A stretch of 64,000 nt of DNA from Mobula hypostoma. Lineage: Eukaryota. Under the pieces are notes generated by a model. The model saw only the letters and a program-made list of their open reading frames with translations, did no database searches and was not told where the DNA came from. The position numbers and the translations under genes are program-made. The DNA lies in NCBI RefSeq assembly GCF_963921235.1, contig NC_086097.1, positions 253,892,001 through 253,956,000 on the forward strand, in the 5' to 3' direction. Each line of letters begins with the position of its first letter. Position 1 is the first letter of the stretch. Shown here piece by piece: positions 12,591 through 26,289 of this stretch.

Positions 12591-14104
12591 GAAGCAGGTA
12601 AAACCTAAGGTATGGGCATAGCCACTCATTTTTCAAGCATGAGGAACCTTTCAACCATTCTAGTGGTGTTTAGTGCTGGGGCTTTCTGAATGTTGTTATG
12701 TAGGTCTGATTGTTCAATGCTACATGTGGTGCCTTTGGGATGATACCAGTTGTAGATACTACTGGTCTATGTACATCCTGTTCATCTTCCATAGTCACCA
12801 CCAGGTTCAGGAACAGTTATTGCCCCTCATCCATCAGGCTCCTGAACCAAACGGGATAACCTCACTCATCTTCTCTTGGCACATCACAGAAAAGTTCCTA
12901 CAACCTATGGACTCACTTTCAAAGACTCTTCACCTCGAGTTCTTGTTATTTATCAGGACATTGTTGATTTATTTATTGCTTATTTACCTAAAATTCAGCT
13001 GTTTATTCAGCTCCATAGATGCTGTCTGACCTGCTGACTTCCTCCAGCATTTTGTGCGTGTGTTGTTTCTGTAGATCCTTGTGGGTAGAATTAAAAAACT
13101 GCAAGGGTAAAAAGACCCCTGATGGGAGTTATATACAGACATCCAAATGGTAGTCAGGATGTGGGATACAAATTACAACGGGAAATAGAAAAGGCATTTA
13201 AAAAGAGCAATGTTATGAAAGTCATGGGGGTTTCAATATGTAGGTAGATTGGGAAAATCCTTTTAGTGCTGGATCAAATGAGAGGGAATTTGTAGAATGC
13301 CTTTGAGATGGCTTTTTAGAGCAGTTTGTGGTTGAGCCCACTAGGTGATAGGGTGTTCTGTAATAAACCAGATTTGACTAGTGAGCTTAAGGTAAAATAG
13401 CCCTTAGGAAGCAGAGATCATAATATGAAAGAATTTACCCTGCAATTTGTGAAGGAGAGGATAAAGTCAAATGCATCAGTGTTATGCTGGAGTAAAGGGA
13501 ATTACAGAGGCATGAGAGAGGAGCTGGCCAAAGTTAATTAGAAGGAGATAATGGTGGTTCAGTAATGGCTGGAGCTTTGGAAGGCACAGAATAGATACAT
13601 CCCAAATATAAATAAATATTCTAAAGGGAGGATGAGGACAAGGAAAACATGGGTAAAGGGAAGGTCAAAGATAGTATAAAAGCAAAATAGAGGGCGTATA
13701 TTAGAGCAAAAATTAGTGGGAAATTAGAGGATTGGGAAGCTTTAAAAAGCAACAGAAGGCAACACAAATCTATAAGGAGAGAAAAGATGACAAATGAAGA
13801 TAAGTTGGCCAGTAATATAAAAGAGGATAGCAAAAGTTTTTTTTCAGCTATATAAAGTGTAAAAGTAAGATGAAAGAGGATATCAGATCACTGGAAAATG
13901 ATGCTGGAGAGGTAGCAATGGGGGGGGCGAGGAAATGGTGGATGAACTGAATAAGTATTTTGCTTCAGTCTTCACTGCGGAAGACAACAGCAGAATGCCA
14001 GAAGTTCAAGAGTGTCAGGGGGTAGAAATGTCAGGTTGTTGCTATTACTAAGGAGCAAGAGCTTGGGAAGCTGAAAGATCTGAAGGCAGGTAGGTTATTT
14101 GGAT

Positions 14105-14965
14105 TGTGACGAGAATACACATAAAATTAAGATGTTTGCTGGCCTGGGCTAGCATCAGTGGCTTCAGCAGTTGGTCTGCCACCTGCCCTCAGGGGAAGGA
14201 GAGATAAGGAACAATGGAGCAGCGTCTGGAGATGTGTAATGAAGGGACGGGGGAGAGAGAGCTGTCTGGAGCGGCTCCCCCCTTTGAACCTTGAACTGTT
14301 TGAAGTGATGGACAGGCGATACCCCAGCAGGGGGATAAAAAGGGACCGGTTCGCTAAGGCAGGACACACGCCACCCGAGGTAACGAGACCCTGGAAGCGG
14401 TGCGCCTCTCACAAGGGGGTGAGAAGTACCAGACAACGGCCAGGGTGGAAAGGTACGATCAGCGGGAACCCGGTGTGTGTCCGCCCTTGCTTGGGTGCCG
14501 GGTTCACTGCAGAGGATCGACTGCATCTGGAGGAGGGGTCACAGTCGGTGACCTCAGGTGACATCACCAAGGACCCGCCCAAAGGTTGCTTGTGAGCCAT
14601 ATCGTCAGTCTGTGAGTGAAGCCGTGTCTGAATGATCAGTTGTTCCTGTTCCCTCTCTCTCTTCCCCCATGTTGTCCATCGCCAGGGCAACGATTACTGC
14701 GAACTGAACTACTAAACTGGACTGAACTTTGAGTCACTTTGAAATTTGGTCATTTACCCCTAGACAACGATAGAGCTTGATTGATGCTGTTATCTTAATT
14801 CTGTGCACATGTGTGTTTATCATCGCTGAACTGTTGCATTTATTATCCTGTCGATTACTGTGTTGCTTGTTTCTTTAATAAAACTTTCTTAGTTCTAGTA
14901 CTCCAGACTCCAACTGAGTGATCCATTTCTGCTGGTTTGGCAACCCAGTTACGGGGTATGTAACA
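14105..14965 (+). mobile_element. Solo LTR (861 bp), Gypsy/ERV-type
   Basis: TGTGAC...GTAACA termini, perfect 4-bp TSD GGAT (14101-14104 and 14966-14969), TATA-like GGGGATAAAA at ~14331 and AATAAA at ~14877. The host CR1 is restored when the LTR is removed. Confidence 0.9.
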
Positions 14966-15346
14966 GGATCAGATGGTGTACACCCCAGCGCTCTGAAAGA
15001 GGTGGCTGAATACATCTGTGGAGGCATTAGTAATGATCTTTCCAGAATCATTAGATTCTGGAATGGTTCCTGAGGACTGGAAATTGCAAATGTCACTCCA
15101 CTCTTTAAGAAGTGGTTGGGAAGATATTGGAATCCATTGTTAGGGATGAGGTTTTGGGGAACTTGAAAGCTCATGATAAAATAGGTTAAAGTCAACATGG
15201 TTTTCTAAAAGGAAAATCTTGCCTAACAAATCTGTTGGAATTCTTTGAGGGAATAAGAGACAGGACAGACAGAGTCAGTGGATATTGTTTTACTTGGATT
15301 TTCAGAAGGCCTTTGACAAGGTGCAACACATGAGGCTGCTTAACAA

Positions 15347-15480
15347 ACACAAGAAAATCTACAGATGTTGGAAATCCAAAGCAACACGCACAAAATGCTG
15401 GAGGAACTCAGCAGGCCAGGCAGCATCTATGAAAAAGAGTAAACAGTTGATGTTTCTGGCTGAGGCTCCTCATCAGGACC
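15347..15480 (-). mobile_element. Short Penelope-like element insert with degenerate hammerhead motif
   Basis: Flanked by CTGCTTAACAA / CTACTTAACAA. The minus strand begins GGTCCTGATGAGGAGCCTCAGCCAGAAACATCAACT. Confidence 0.8.
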
Positions 15481-16480
15481 CTACTTAACAAGATAAGAGC
15501 CCATGGTATTACAAGAAAGGTACCATCATGGATAGAAGATTGACTGACTGGCAGGAGGCAAAGAATGGGAACAAAGGAAGCCCTTTCAGGTTGGCTGTCA
15601 GGGACTAGTGGCGCTCTGTAGGGGTCGGTGTTGGGACAGCTTCTTTTCATGTTATATGTCAACAATTTCGATGACAAAATGGATGGATTTGTGACCAAGT
15701 TTGCAGACAATACAAAGTCAGGTTCAGAGCAGGTAGTGTTGAAGAAGCAGGGATTCTGAAGAAGGATTTAGACAGATTAGAGGAATGGGCAGATGGAATC
15801 CAGTGCTGGGAAGTGTATGATTATGCCTTTTGATAGAAGGCATAAAGATGTAGGCTATTTTCTAAATGGAGAGAAGATTCAAAGAGACTTGAGTGTCCTA
15901 GTGCAGGATTCCGTAAACAGTAATTTGCAGGTTGAGTCGGTGGTAAGGAAGGCAAATACGATGTTAGCATTCGTTTCGAGACTGCAATATAAAAGCAAGT
16001 ATGTAATGCTGAGGTTTTATGAGACATTGGTCAAACCGCCCATGGAGTATTATGAACAATTCTGAGCCCCTTATCTAAGGAAAGATATGCTGGTGCTGGA
16101 GAGGGCCCAGAAGAGGTTCACAAGAATGACCCCAGGAATTAAATGCTCCACATACAGAGCATTTGATGGCGTGGGGTCTGTACTCACTGGAGTTTAGTAG
16201 GATGAAGGGGGATCTCATTGGAACCCATCAAATGTCGAATGGTCTAGACAGGGTGGCTGTGGAGAGAATGTTTCCTATAGTGGATGAGTCTATGACCAGA
16301 GGACACAGTCACAGAGTAGAGCAACATCTATTCAGAACAGAGATGAGGAGGAATTTCTTTAGCCAGAGGGTGGTGAGTCTGTGAAATTCATTGCCACGGA
16401 CAGCTGTGGAGGCCAAGTCATTGGATATATTTAAAGAGGAGATTGGTGGCTTCTTGGTTAGCCAGGGCATCAAAGGTTAT

Positions 16481-17530
16481 GCATGGGAGATTGGTCAAGA
16501 AGGTTCAGTCACTCGCCATTCAAGATGAGGGACTAAACTGAATTCAACACTGGCTCTGTGGGAAAAGCCAGAGAGTGGTAGTAGGTGGTCGCCTCTCTGA
16601 CTGGAGTGCCATTTCGATCAGTGCCGGGTCCATTGTTGTTTGTCATCTATATCAACGATCTAGGTGATAATGTGGTTAACTGCATCTGCAGATTTGCAGA
16701 TGACACCAAGATTGGGGGTGTATTGGACAGTGAAGAAGACTACCATGGCTTGCAGCAGGATCTGGACTAGCTTGAAAAATGGGCTGAAAAATGGCAGATG
16801 GAATTTAACGCAGACAAGGGCGAGGTATTGCTCTTCAGTAGGCCAACCAGGGTAGAACTAACACAGTGATCAGTCGGGCACTGAGGAGTGCAGTAGAGCA
16901 AAGGGATCTGGGGTTACAGGTACATAATTTGTTGAAAGTGGTGTCACAGGAAGAAAAGGTTGTAAAGAATGCTTTTGGCCCATTAGCCTTCATAAATTAA
17001 AGTATTAAGTACAGGAGATGGGATGTTATCTTGAAGTTGTATAAGAAATTTGAAGCCTAATTTGGAGTATTACGTGCAACTTTTGTCCCTGGCCTACAGG
17101 GAAGATGTAAATAAGATTGAAAGAGTACAGAGAAAATTTACAAGGATGTTGCACAGACTGGTGCACCTGAGTTATATGGAAAGATTGAACAGGTTAGGAC
17201 TTTATTTCTTGGAACGTAGAAGATTGATGGGAGATTTGTTAGAGGTATACAAAATTATGAGAGATATAGGCAGGGTAAATACAAGCAGAACTGGTGCATG
17301 CAAGCTTGATTTCGAGGTACATGGATGGTAGGGTATGGAGGGCTACGGTCTGGGTGCAGGTTGGAGGGAGTAGGCATTTTAAATTGCTCAGCACAGACTA
17401 GATGGGCTAAAGGACCTGTTTCTCTGTCGTAGTGTTCTATGACTCTAAGGCAGGTAAATGGATTTGAGAGGGGTAACAAATCAGCCACAATAGCAGAGCA
17501 GATTCGATGGGCCGAATGGCCATTTCTGCT
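16481..17530 (+). mobile_element. Decayed CR1 RT 3' fragment (different subfamily)
   Basis: GPLLFVIYINDLGDNVVNCICRFADDTKIGG and PNLEYYVQL. Confidence 0.8.
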
Positions 17531-18409
17531 ATGTCTTATGGTCTTATCAATGACCCTTCATCATCAGCAAATACCACTCTGCTAAAGCAAGGTCCAAAAA
17601 TGGCAATGGGACATTTATGGAGGGAGAATGGAACTGTTCCCACAGCCCATGGGCTCACTTTCAAGGACTCTTCATTTCATGTTCTTGATATTTATTATTT
17701 ATTTATCACTATTATTTTTATTTCTTGCCTTTTGTATTTGCAGTTTGTCTTCTGCACAGTGGTCGAATGCACTGGTAGTGCTTACCTTCATGCTTTCATG
17801 GTTAGTGATCATTTATAAATGATTAAGTATGTCTGCAAGAAAATGAATCTCAAGTTGAAAATGGTGTCATGTATGTACTTTGATAATAAATTTATTTTGA
17901 ACTTTGAATGTTTGCACAGGACCAAGGAGAAATCAGGTTTATACTGAGTAAGAATATTCTGATTATTTCAGCTAGATTTTTATATCCACGCAAATGGAAA
18001 GACGTGGGTTCAATATCACCCTTTGCCAGAGTGGAAGCATCTCAAGTGAGAGGGGCTAAGTTCAAAGGAGCTGTGATGGGTAAGGTTTTTACACAGAGCG
18101 TGATAGGTGCCTGGAATGCACCGTGGTCGTGGTAGAGGCTTTTAGGAGACATTTAGTTGGATACGTGAATGTGAGGAAAATGGAAGGATATGGATGTTGT
18201 TAGACAGAAGGGATTAGTTTACTCGGCCATCTGTTTACTCATGTAATTGGTTCGGCACGTACTGTGGGCTAAGGGGCCTGTTCCTGTGCTGTACTGGGCT
18301 ATGTTCTAATATTAGATTGAGTTTAAGCTCACATATCGCAAATATTATATATTGACCCTGCAGCTTGTTGTAGAGTGCACTGGTGTGCAGGACTCAACTT
18401 GTGTAAATC

Positions 18410-19702
18410 CACTGTAGCTCAGCATTTAACACCATCATTCCCACAGTCCTGATTGAGAGGTTGCAGGACCTGGGCCTCTGTACCTCCCTCTGCAATTGGA
18501 TCCTCAACTTCCTAACTGCAAGACCACAATCTGTGTGGATTGGTGATAACATCTCCTCCTCGCTGACGATCAACACTGGTGCACCTCAGGGGTGTGTGCT
18601 TAGCCCACTGCTCTACTCTCTCTATACCCATGACTGTGTGGCTAGGCATAGCTCAAATACCTTCTACAAATTTGCTGACGATACAACCATTGTTGGTAGA
18701 ATCTCAGAGGAAGACGAGAGGGCGTACAGGAGCGAGATATGCCAACTACGATAGGGTCTTTTAAGAGACTCTTGGATAGGAACATGGAGCTTAGAAAAAT
18801 AGAGGGCTATGGGTAACCCTAGGTAATTTCTAAAGTAAGTGCATGTTTGGCACAGCATTGTGGGCTGAAGGTGCTGTATTATGCTGTAGGTTTTCTATGT
18901 TTCTGTTTCTAACTAGTGGAGTGGTGTCACAGCAACAACCTGGCACTCAACGTCAGTAAGATGAAAGAGCTGATTGTGGACTTCAGGAAGGGTAAGATGA
19001 AGGAACACATGCCAATCCTCATTGAGGGATCAGAGTTGGAGAGAGTGAGCAGTTTCAAGTTCCTGGGTGTCAAGACCTCTGAGGATCTAACCTGGTCCCA
19101 ACATATCGATTGTAGAATGCAAGACAGTGACTATGCTTCATTAGTAATTTGAAGAGATTTGGTATGTCAACAAAAACTCTCAAAAACTTCTATAGATGTA
19201 CTGTGGAGAGTATTCTGATAGGTTGCATCACTGTCTGGTGTGGAGGGGCTACTGCACAGGACCGAAAGAAGCTGCAGAAGGTTGTAGATCTAGTCAGCTC
19301 CATCTTGGGTACTAGCCTACAAAGTACCCAGGACATCTTCAGGGAGCGGTGTCTCAGAAAGGCAGCGTCCATTATTAAGGACCTCCAGCACCCAGGGCAT
19401 GTCCTTTTCTCACTGTTACCATCAGGTAGGAGGTACAGAAGCCTGAAGGCACACACTCAGTGATTCAGGAACAGCTTCTTCCCCTCTGCCATCCGATTCC
19501 TAAATGGACATTGAACCTGTGAACACTACCTCATTTTTTCAATATATATCATTTCTGTTTTTGCATAATTTTTAATCTATTAAATATACATATACTGTAA
19601 TTGATTTATTTGTTTCCCTCCTGCATTATGTATTGCATTGAACTGCTGCTGCTAAGTTAACAAATTTCACGTTACATGCCAGTGACAATAAACCTGATTC
19701 TG
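18410..19702 (+). mobile_element. Rex/Babar LINE 3' half, interrupted by a CR1 3'-end insert
   Basis: [32 protein letters not shown] and LLPSGRRYRSL. Tail AATAAACCTGATTCTGAT. Confidence 0.9.
18749..18910 (+). mobile_element. CR1 3'-terminal fragment inserted in the Rex element
   Basis: TSD AACTA (18744-18748 and 18911-18915) and TTTCTATGTTTCT tail. Matches the 3' UTR at 38750-38908. Confidence 0.85.
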
Positions 19703-20084
19703 ATAGATGTTGTGACAATAAGAAAAATCCAGAAGAAGCTTCCGGAATGCCTGAAGGAGTTCATGAAGCTACGATTCCGTGGCCAGCTGCAGCTGGAGCA
19801 CAAAGCTAAAGGAAAGACTGAGCTGAAATCAGCTTGTTCAAGTGGGGCTGGAGGCTGATCAATGTTCAGCTCTCTGTTGTGTCATAAGGCAAACAAAGGA
19901 TGCATTCTTGCTTTTTGCTGGAGAGACAATTATCAGTGAATCAGGAAAATTACGTCAATTTCTTCTGCACTTTTAAAGTTCAAAGTAAATTTATTATCAA
20001 AGTACGTATCTGTCACTAGATACAACTGTGAGATTCATTTTCTTGTGGGCATTCACAGCAAATAGAAAGAAACACAAAAGAGAA

Positions 20085-22624
20085 ATTCTAAGGGTAGAAA
20101 GACCCTAATGGGAGTTATCTACAGGCCCCCAAACAGTAGTCTGGATGTAGGGTGTAAGTTGAACAAGAGTTAAAATTGGCACAAAGGTAATGCTACAGTT
20201 GTTATGGGGGATTTCAACATGCAGGTAGACTGGAGGAATCAGGTTGGAACTGGACCCCAAGAAAGGGAGTTTGTGGAGTCCCCCCGAGGTAGATTCTTAG
20301 AACAGCTTGTGCTGGAGCCTACCAGAGAGAATGCAATTCTAGGAGGTAGAGACCATAATATGATAAGTTTTAATCTACAATTTGAGAGGAAGAAGGGAAG
20401 TGTCAGTATTACAATTGAACAAAGGGAACTATGGTGCTATGAGGGAGGAGCTGGCCAAAGTTCAATGGAACAATACCCTAGCAGGGATGACAGTGGAACA
20501 GCAATGGCAAGGGTTTCTGGGAATAATGCGGAAGGTGCAGGATCAGTTCGTTCCAAAGAGGAAGAAAGATCCTAAGGGGAGTAAGGGGAGGCTGTGGCTG
20601 ACAAGGGAAGTAATGGACAGCATAAAAATAAAAGAGAAGAAGTATAACATAGCAAAGACGAGTGGGAAGCTGGAGGATTGGGAAACTTTTAAATAGCAAC
20701 AGAAGGTAACTAAAAAGGCAATACGCAGAGAAAAAATGAAATATGAAGGTAAACTAACCAAAAATATAAAGGAGGATAGTAAAAGCTTCTTTAGGTATGT
20801 GAAAAAGAAAAAAATAGTTAAGACCAAAATTGGGCCCTTGAAGACTTATTATGGGGAACAAGGAAATGGCAGACGAGTTGAACAGGTACTTTGGATCTGT
20901 CTTCAGTAGGGAAGACACAAACAATCTCCCAGATGTAATAGTGGCCAAAAGACCAAGGGTAATGGATGAATTGTAGGAAATTTATATTAGGCAGGAAATG
21001 GTGTTGGATAGGCTGTTGGGTCTGAAGGCTGATAAGTTCCCGGGACCTGATGGTCTGCATCCCAGGGTACTTAAGGAGGTGGCTTTAGAAATCGTGGACG
21101 CATTGGTAATCATTTTCCAATGTTCTATAGATTCAGGATCTGTTCCTGTGGATTGGAGGGTGGCTAATGTTGTCCCTCTCTTCAAGAAAGGAGGAAGAGG
21201 GAAAACAGGGAATTATAGACTGGTTAGCCTGACGTCGGTGGTGGGAAAGATGCTGGAGTCAATTATAAAAGATGAAATTACGACACATCTGGATAGTAGT
21301 AACAGGATTGGTCCGAGTCAGCATGGATTTATGAAGGGGAAATCATGTTTGACTAATCTTCTGGAATTTTTTGAGGATGTAACTATGAAAATGGACAAGG
21401 GAGAGCCAGTGGATGTAGTGTACCTGGACTTTCAGAAAGCCTTTGATAAAGTCCCACATAGGAGATTAGTGGGCAAAATTAGGGCACGTGGTACTGGGGA
21501 CAGAGTACTGACATGGATTGAAAATTGGCTGGCTGACAGAAAACAAAGAGTAGCGATTAACGGGTCCCTTTTGGAATGGCAGGCGGTGACCAGTGGGGTA
21601 CCGTAGGGTTCAGTGCTGGGACCGCAGCTGTTTACAGAATATATTAATGATTTAGATGAAGGAATTAAAAGTAACATTAGCAAATTTGCTGATGACACAA
21701 AGCTGGGAGGCAGTGTGAAATGTGAGGAGGATGTTATGAGAATGCAGGGTGACTTGGACAGGCTGGGTGAGTGGGCAGATGCATGGCAGATGCATGGCAG
21801 ATACAGTTTAATGTGGATAAATGTGAGATTATCCACTTTGGTGGCAAGAACAGGAAGGCAGATTATTATCTAAATGGAGTCAAGTTAGGAAAAGGGGAAG
21901 TACAACGAGATCTAGGTGTTCTTGTGCATCAGTCACTGAAAGCAAGCATGCAAGTACAGCAGGCAGTGAAGAAAGCTAATGGCATGCTGGCCTTCATAAC
22001 AAGGGGAATTGAGTATAGGAGCAAAGAGGTCCTTCTGCAGCTGTACAGGGCCCTGGTGAGACCACACCTGGAGTACTGTGTGCAGTTTTGGTCTCCAAAT
22101 TTGAGGAAGGACATTCTTGCTATTGAGGGAGTGCAGCGTAGGTTCACAAGGTTAATTCCTGGGATGGCGGGATTGTCATTTGTCAAAAGATTGGAGCAAC
22201 TGGGCTTGTATACTCTGGAATTTAGAAGGCTGAGAGGGGATCTTATTGAAACATATAAGATTATTAAGGGATTGGACACACTGCAGGCAGGAAGCATGTT
22301 CCCGCTGATGGGTGAGTCCAGAACCAGAGGCCACAGTTTAAAAATTAGGGGTAGGCCATTTAGAACGGAGTTGAGGAAAAACTTTTTCACCCAGAGAGTG
22401 GTGGATATATGGAATGCTCTGCCCCAGAAGGCTGTGGAGGCCAAGTCTCTGGATGCTTTCAAAAAAGAGATGGATAGAGCTCTTAAAGATAGCGGAACCA
22501 AAGGTTATGGGGATAAGGCAGGAACTGGATACTGATTGTGGATGATCAGCCATGATCACAGTGAATGGTGGTGCTGGCTCGAAGGGCTGAATGGCCTACT
22601 CCTGCACCTATTGTCTATTGTCTA
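20085..22624 (+). mobile_element. CR1 LINE, most of ORF2, (CTATTGT)n tail
   Basis: [37 protein letters not shown] and a 254-aa C-terminal ORF. Few lesions. Confidence 0.93.
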
Positions 22625-22699
22625 TAATTAAAGGCTGTCCCAAACAAAAAGGATAAACAACCGATGTGCAAAGTACATCAAACTTTTACAGTGTAGCAC

Positions 22700-25600
22700 T
22701 CCAGATGAGTGGCTCTGTTGGTTAGAGATGGAACTACGTCTTTAGAAAGAGGGGACATAGGGTCAGAGAATGTTGAGTCTTTGTGGGAGGAGGTAGAAAA
22801 CTGTAAGGGTTAAAAAAAAAATTAGTTGAATCATATATAGGCCTCCAAATAGTAGCCAAGGTGCATGGTTGAGATTGCAAAGGGAGCTGGAAAAGGTATG
22901 TTATAAGGGTAATGACAGAATTGTAATGAGTAACTTCATTATGCAAGGGGACTGGGAAAATCAGGTTGGTGTCAGATCACAAGAGAGGAAATTTGTTGAA
23001 TGTCTACAAGATGGCTTTTTAGAGCATTTGTGCTTGAGCCTACTCGGAGAAAGGATACTTTAGATTAGGTGTTGTGTAATAACCCAGATCTTATTAGGGA
23101 GCTTTATGTAAAGGTGCCCTTAGGAGGCAGTGATCATAATCTGATTGAATTCATTCTGCAATGTGAGAGGGAGAAGCACAGGTCACATATAGCAGTATCA
23201 CAATGGGATAAAGGGAATTACAGAGGCATGAGAGAGGAGCTTGCCCAGGTGGATTGGAGGAGATACTAGTGAGGGGTTGATGGCAGAACAGAGGTGCTGA
23301 AGTTTCTGGGAATAGTTCACAAGGTGCAGGATAGATATGTCCCACAGATCAAGAAGTTCTCAAATGGCAAGGGTAGGCAACTGCGCCTGACGAGGGAAGT
23401 TAGGGACTGCCTAAAAGCCAAGGCAAGGACATATATAGTAGAAAAAATAAGTGGGAAGTTGGATGATTGTGAAGTTTTTAAAATCCAGCAAAAGGCAAAT
23501 AAAAAGCTGTAAGAAGGGAAAAGATGAAATATGAGGGCAAACAAGCCAATGATATAAAGCAGGATACCAAAAGCCTTTTTTCTGTTATATAAGGAGTAAA
23601 AGAGAGGTGAGAGTTGTTATTGAACTACTGGAAAATGGAGCTGGTGAGGTTGTAATGGGGGACAAAGAAATGGCAGATGAACTTAATGGGTACTTTGCAT
23701 CAGTCTTCATTGTGGAGGACACTCGCAGTGTGCCAGAGGTCCATGAGGGTCAGGGAGCAGGAGTGAGTCTCATTGCTATTACAAAGGGAAAAAATGCTTG
23801 GCAAACTCAAAGGTCTGTAGGTGGGTAAGTCACCTGGACCAGATGGACTACATCCCAGACTCCTGAGAGAGGTTGCTGAAGAGACAACAGATGCATTGGT
23901 CATGATCTTTCAAGAATCACTTGATTCTGGCATGGTCCTGGAGGACTGGAAGATTGCAAATGTCACTCCACTCTTTAAGAAGGGAGGAAGGCAGAAGAAA
24001 TGAAATTAAAGGCCAGTTAGCCTAACCCCAGTTGTTGGGAAAGTGTTGGAGTCTATTAAGGATGAGGTTTTGAGGTACTTGGAGACTAATGATAACATAA
24101 GTCAAAGTCAGCATGGTTTCTGTCAAGGGAAATCTTGCCTGACAAATCTTTTAGAGTTCTTCAAGGAAGTAACAAGCAGGGTGGGCAAAGGAGAGGCAGT
24201 GGATGTCATTTACTTGGGTTTTCAGAAGGCATTTGATAAGGTGTCACATATGAGGTCAGTTAACAAGATAAAACCATATGGCATTAAGGGAAAGATATTG
24301 ACATGGATAGAGGAGTGGCTGACAGGCAAGAGGTAGCGAGTGGGAATAAAATGGGCCTTTTCTGGTTGGCTGCCAGTGACTAGTGGTGTTCCTCAGGGGT
24401 CAGTATCGGGACCACTACCTCACACATTGTTTGTCAATGAATTGGAGAATAGAGTTGATGGCTTTGTGGCAAAGTTTGTGGATGATATGAAGATAGGTGG
24501 AGGGGTGGGTAGTGCTGAGGAAGCAATGCGATTGTAGCAGGACTTAGACAAATTGGAAAAATGGGCAAAAATGTGGTAGGTGGAATACAGTTGGAAAATG
24601 TATGGTAAAAGGATCAATAGTAGAGTCTATTATCTAAATGGGGAGAAAATTCAAACATCGGTGCAGAGGGACTTAAGAGTCCTTGTTAGTTTACAGCTTG
24701 GGTCTGTGGCAAAGAAGGCAAATGCAACGTTGGCATTTATTTCAAGGGGAATAGACTATTAAGTATGTATGAATGTAGAATAGAATGTAAGGAAACAGTG
24801 CTGAGCACTTATAAGACACTAGTCAGGCTGCACTTGGAATATTGTCAACAGTTTTGGGCCCCTTATCTCAGAAAGGATGTGTTGTCATTGGAGAGAGTCC
24901 AGAGGAGATTCGCGAGGGTGATTCTGGGTATGAAGAGGTTAGCATATGATGAGCATTTGGCAGCTTTAAGCCTGAACTCACTGGAATTTAGAAGAATACA
25001 CGGGGATCTCATTAAAAGCTACTAAATATTGAAAGGACTAGATAGGGTGGATGTGAAATCAACCAATGTGAAAAAGACTAAGGAGCTGGTGGTAGACCTG
25101 AGGAGAGCTAAGGTACCGGTGACCCCTGTTTCCATCCAGGGGGTCAGTGTGGACATGGTGGAGGATTACAAATACCTGGGGATACGAATTGACAATAAAC
25201 TGGACTGGTCAAGGAACACTGAGGCTGTCTACAAGAAGGGTCAGAGCCGTCTCTATTTCCTGAGGAGACTGAGGTTCTTTAACATCTGCCGGACATTGCT
25301 GAGGATGTTCTACGAGTCTGTGGTGGCCAGTGCGATCATGTTTGCTGTTGTGTGCTGGGGCAGCAGGCTGAGGGTAGCAGACACCAACAGAATCAACAAA
25401 CTCATTCGTAAGGCCAGTGATGTTGTGGGGATGGAACTGGACTCTCTGACGGTGGTGTCTGAAAAGAGGATGCTGTCTAAGTTGCATGCCATCTTGGACA
25501 ATGTCTCCCATCCACTACATAATGGACTGGTTGGGCACAGGAGTACATTCAGCCAGAGACTCATTCCACCGAGATGCAGCACAGAGCGTCATAGGAAGTC

Positions 25601-26112
25601 ATTCCTGCCTGTGGCCATCAAACTTTACAACTCCTCCCTTGGAGGGTCAGACACCCTGAGCCAATAGGCTGGTCCTGGACTTATTTCCTGGCATAATTTA
25701 CATATTACTATTTAACTATTTATGGTTTTATTACTATTTATTGTTTATGGTGCAACTGTAACAAAAACCAATTTCCCCCGGGATCAATAAAGTATGACTA
25801 TGACTATGTAGAGAGGATGTTTTCTATGGTTGGAGTATCCAGAACTAGAGAGAACAGACTCAAAATTGAGGGGTTATCTTTTAGAACAGAGGTAAGGAGG
25901 AATTTTTTAGCTAGAGAGTAGTGAATCTGTGGAATGGCCTGCCACAGATTGCAGTGGAGGCCATCTCTGTAGGTATATTTATGGTGGAAGTTGATAGTTT
26001 CCTGATCAGTCAGGGGATCAAAGGATATGGTGAGAAGGATCAGCCATGATGGAATGGCAGAACAGATTTGATGGGCTGAATGGCCTGATTCTACTCCTAT
26101 GTCTTATGGTCC
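22700..26112 (+). mobile_element. Decayed CR1 ORF2 interrupted by a Rex insert
   Basis: EN motif GGSDHN, RT motifs SQHGF and GVPQGS, and a 3' UTR ending TCTTATGG. Confidence 0.88.
25055..25805 (+). mobile_element. Young 5'-truncated Rex/Babar LINE, (ATGACT)n tail
   Basis: Open frame NVKKTKELVVD...YKYLG...RKSFLPVAIKLYN. ATGT duplicated at 25051-25054 and 25806-25809. Near-identical to 55680-56470. Confidence 0.92.
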
Positions 26113-26289
26113 TGTGGTGTTAAGATCTTATGGATACATATACATTGGACTGCTCTAGATGGTTTTATATACAGTGAACCACTCAAGATGAGTAGCAATA
26201 CACTGGACTTGTCTGGAAGTGTAAATATATATATACTGGACCACTCTAGATACGTATATACACAGTGAACTGCTCTAAATGAGTATATA

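Larger units (their letters stand above)
13075..16480 (+). mobile_element. Decayed CR1 ORF2 (EN to RT), interrupted by a solo LTR and a PLE fragment
   Basis: Colinear with other CR1 copies from LWVEL... to RRNFFSQRVVSL, with many stops and frameshifts. Confidence 0.85.

Noticed and set aside
14127..14690. Overlapping ORFs within the LTR
   Set aside because: No recognisable domain. They are expected by chance in a GC-richer LTR.
21432..22501. Recurrent antisense ORFs (MPPKWITSHLSTLN..., MNLLCTPSMARMSF... here and elsewhere)
   Set aside because: They are shadow frames of CR1 RT and recur only because the LINE recurs.
25029..25667. 212-aa ORF as a novel fusion protein
   Set aside because: It is a few CR1 codons joined by chance to a truncated Rex insert, with no independent start context.
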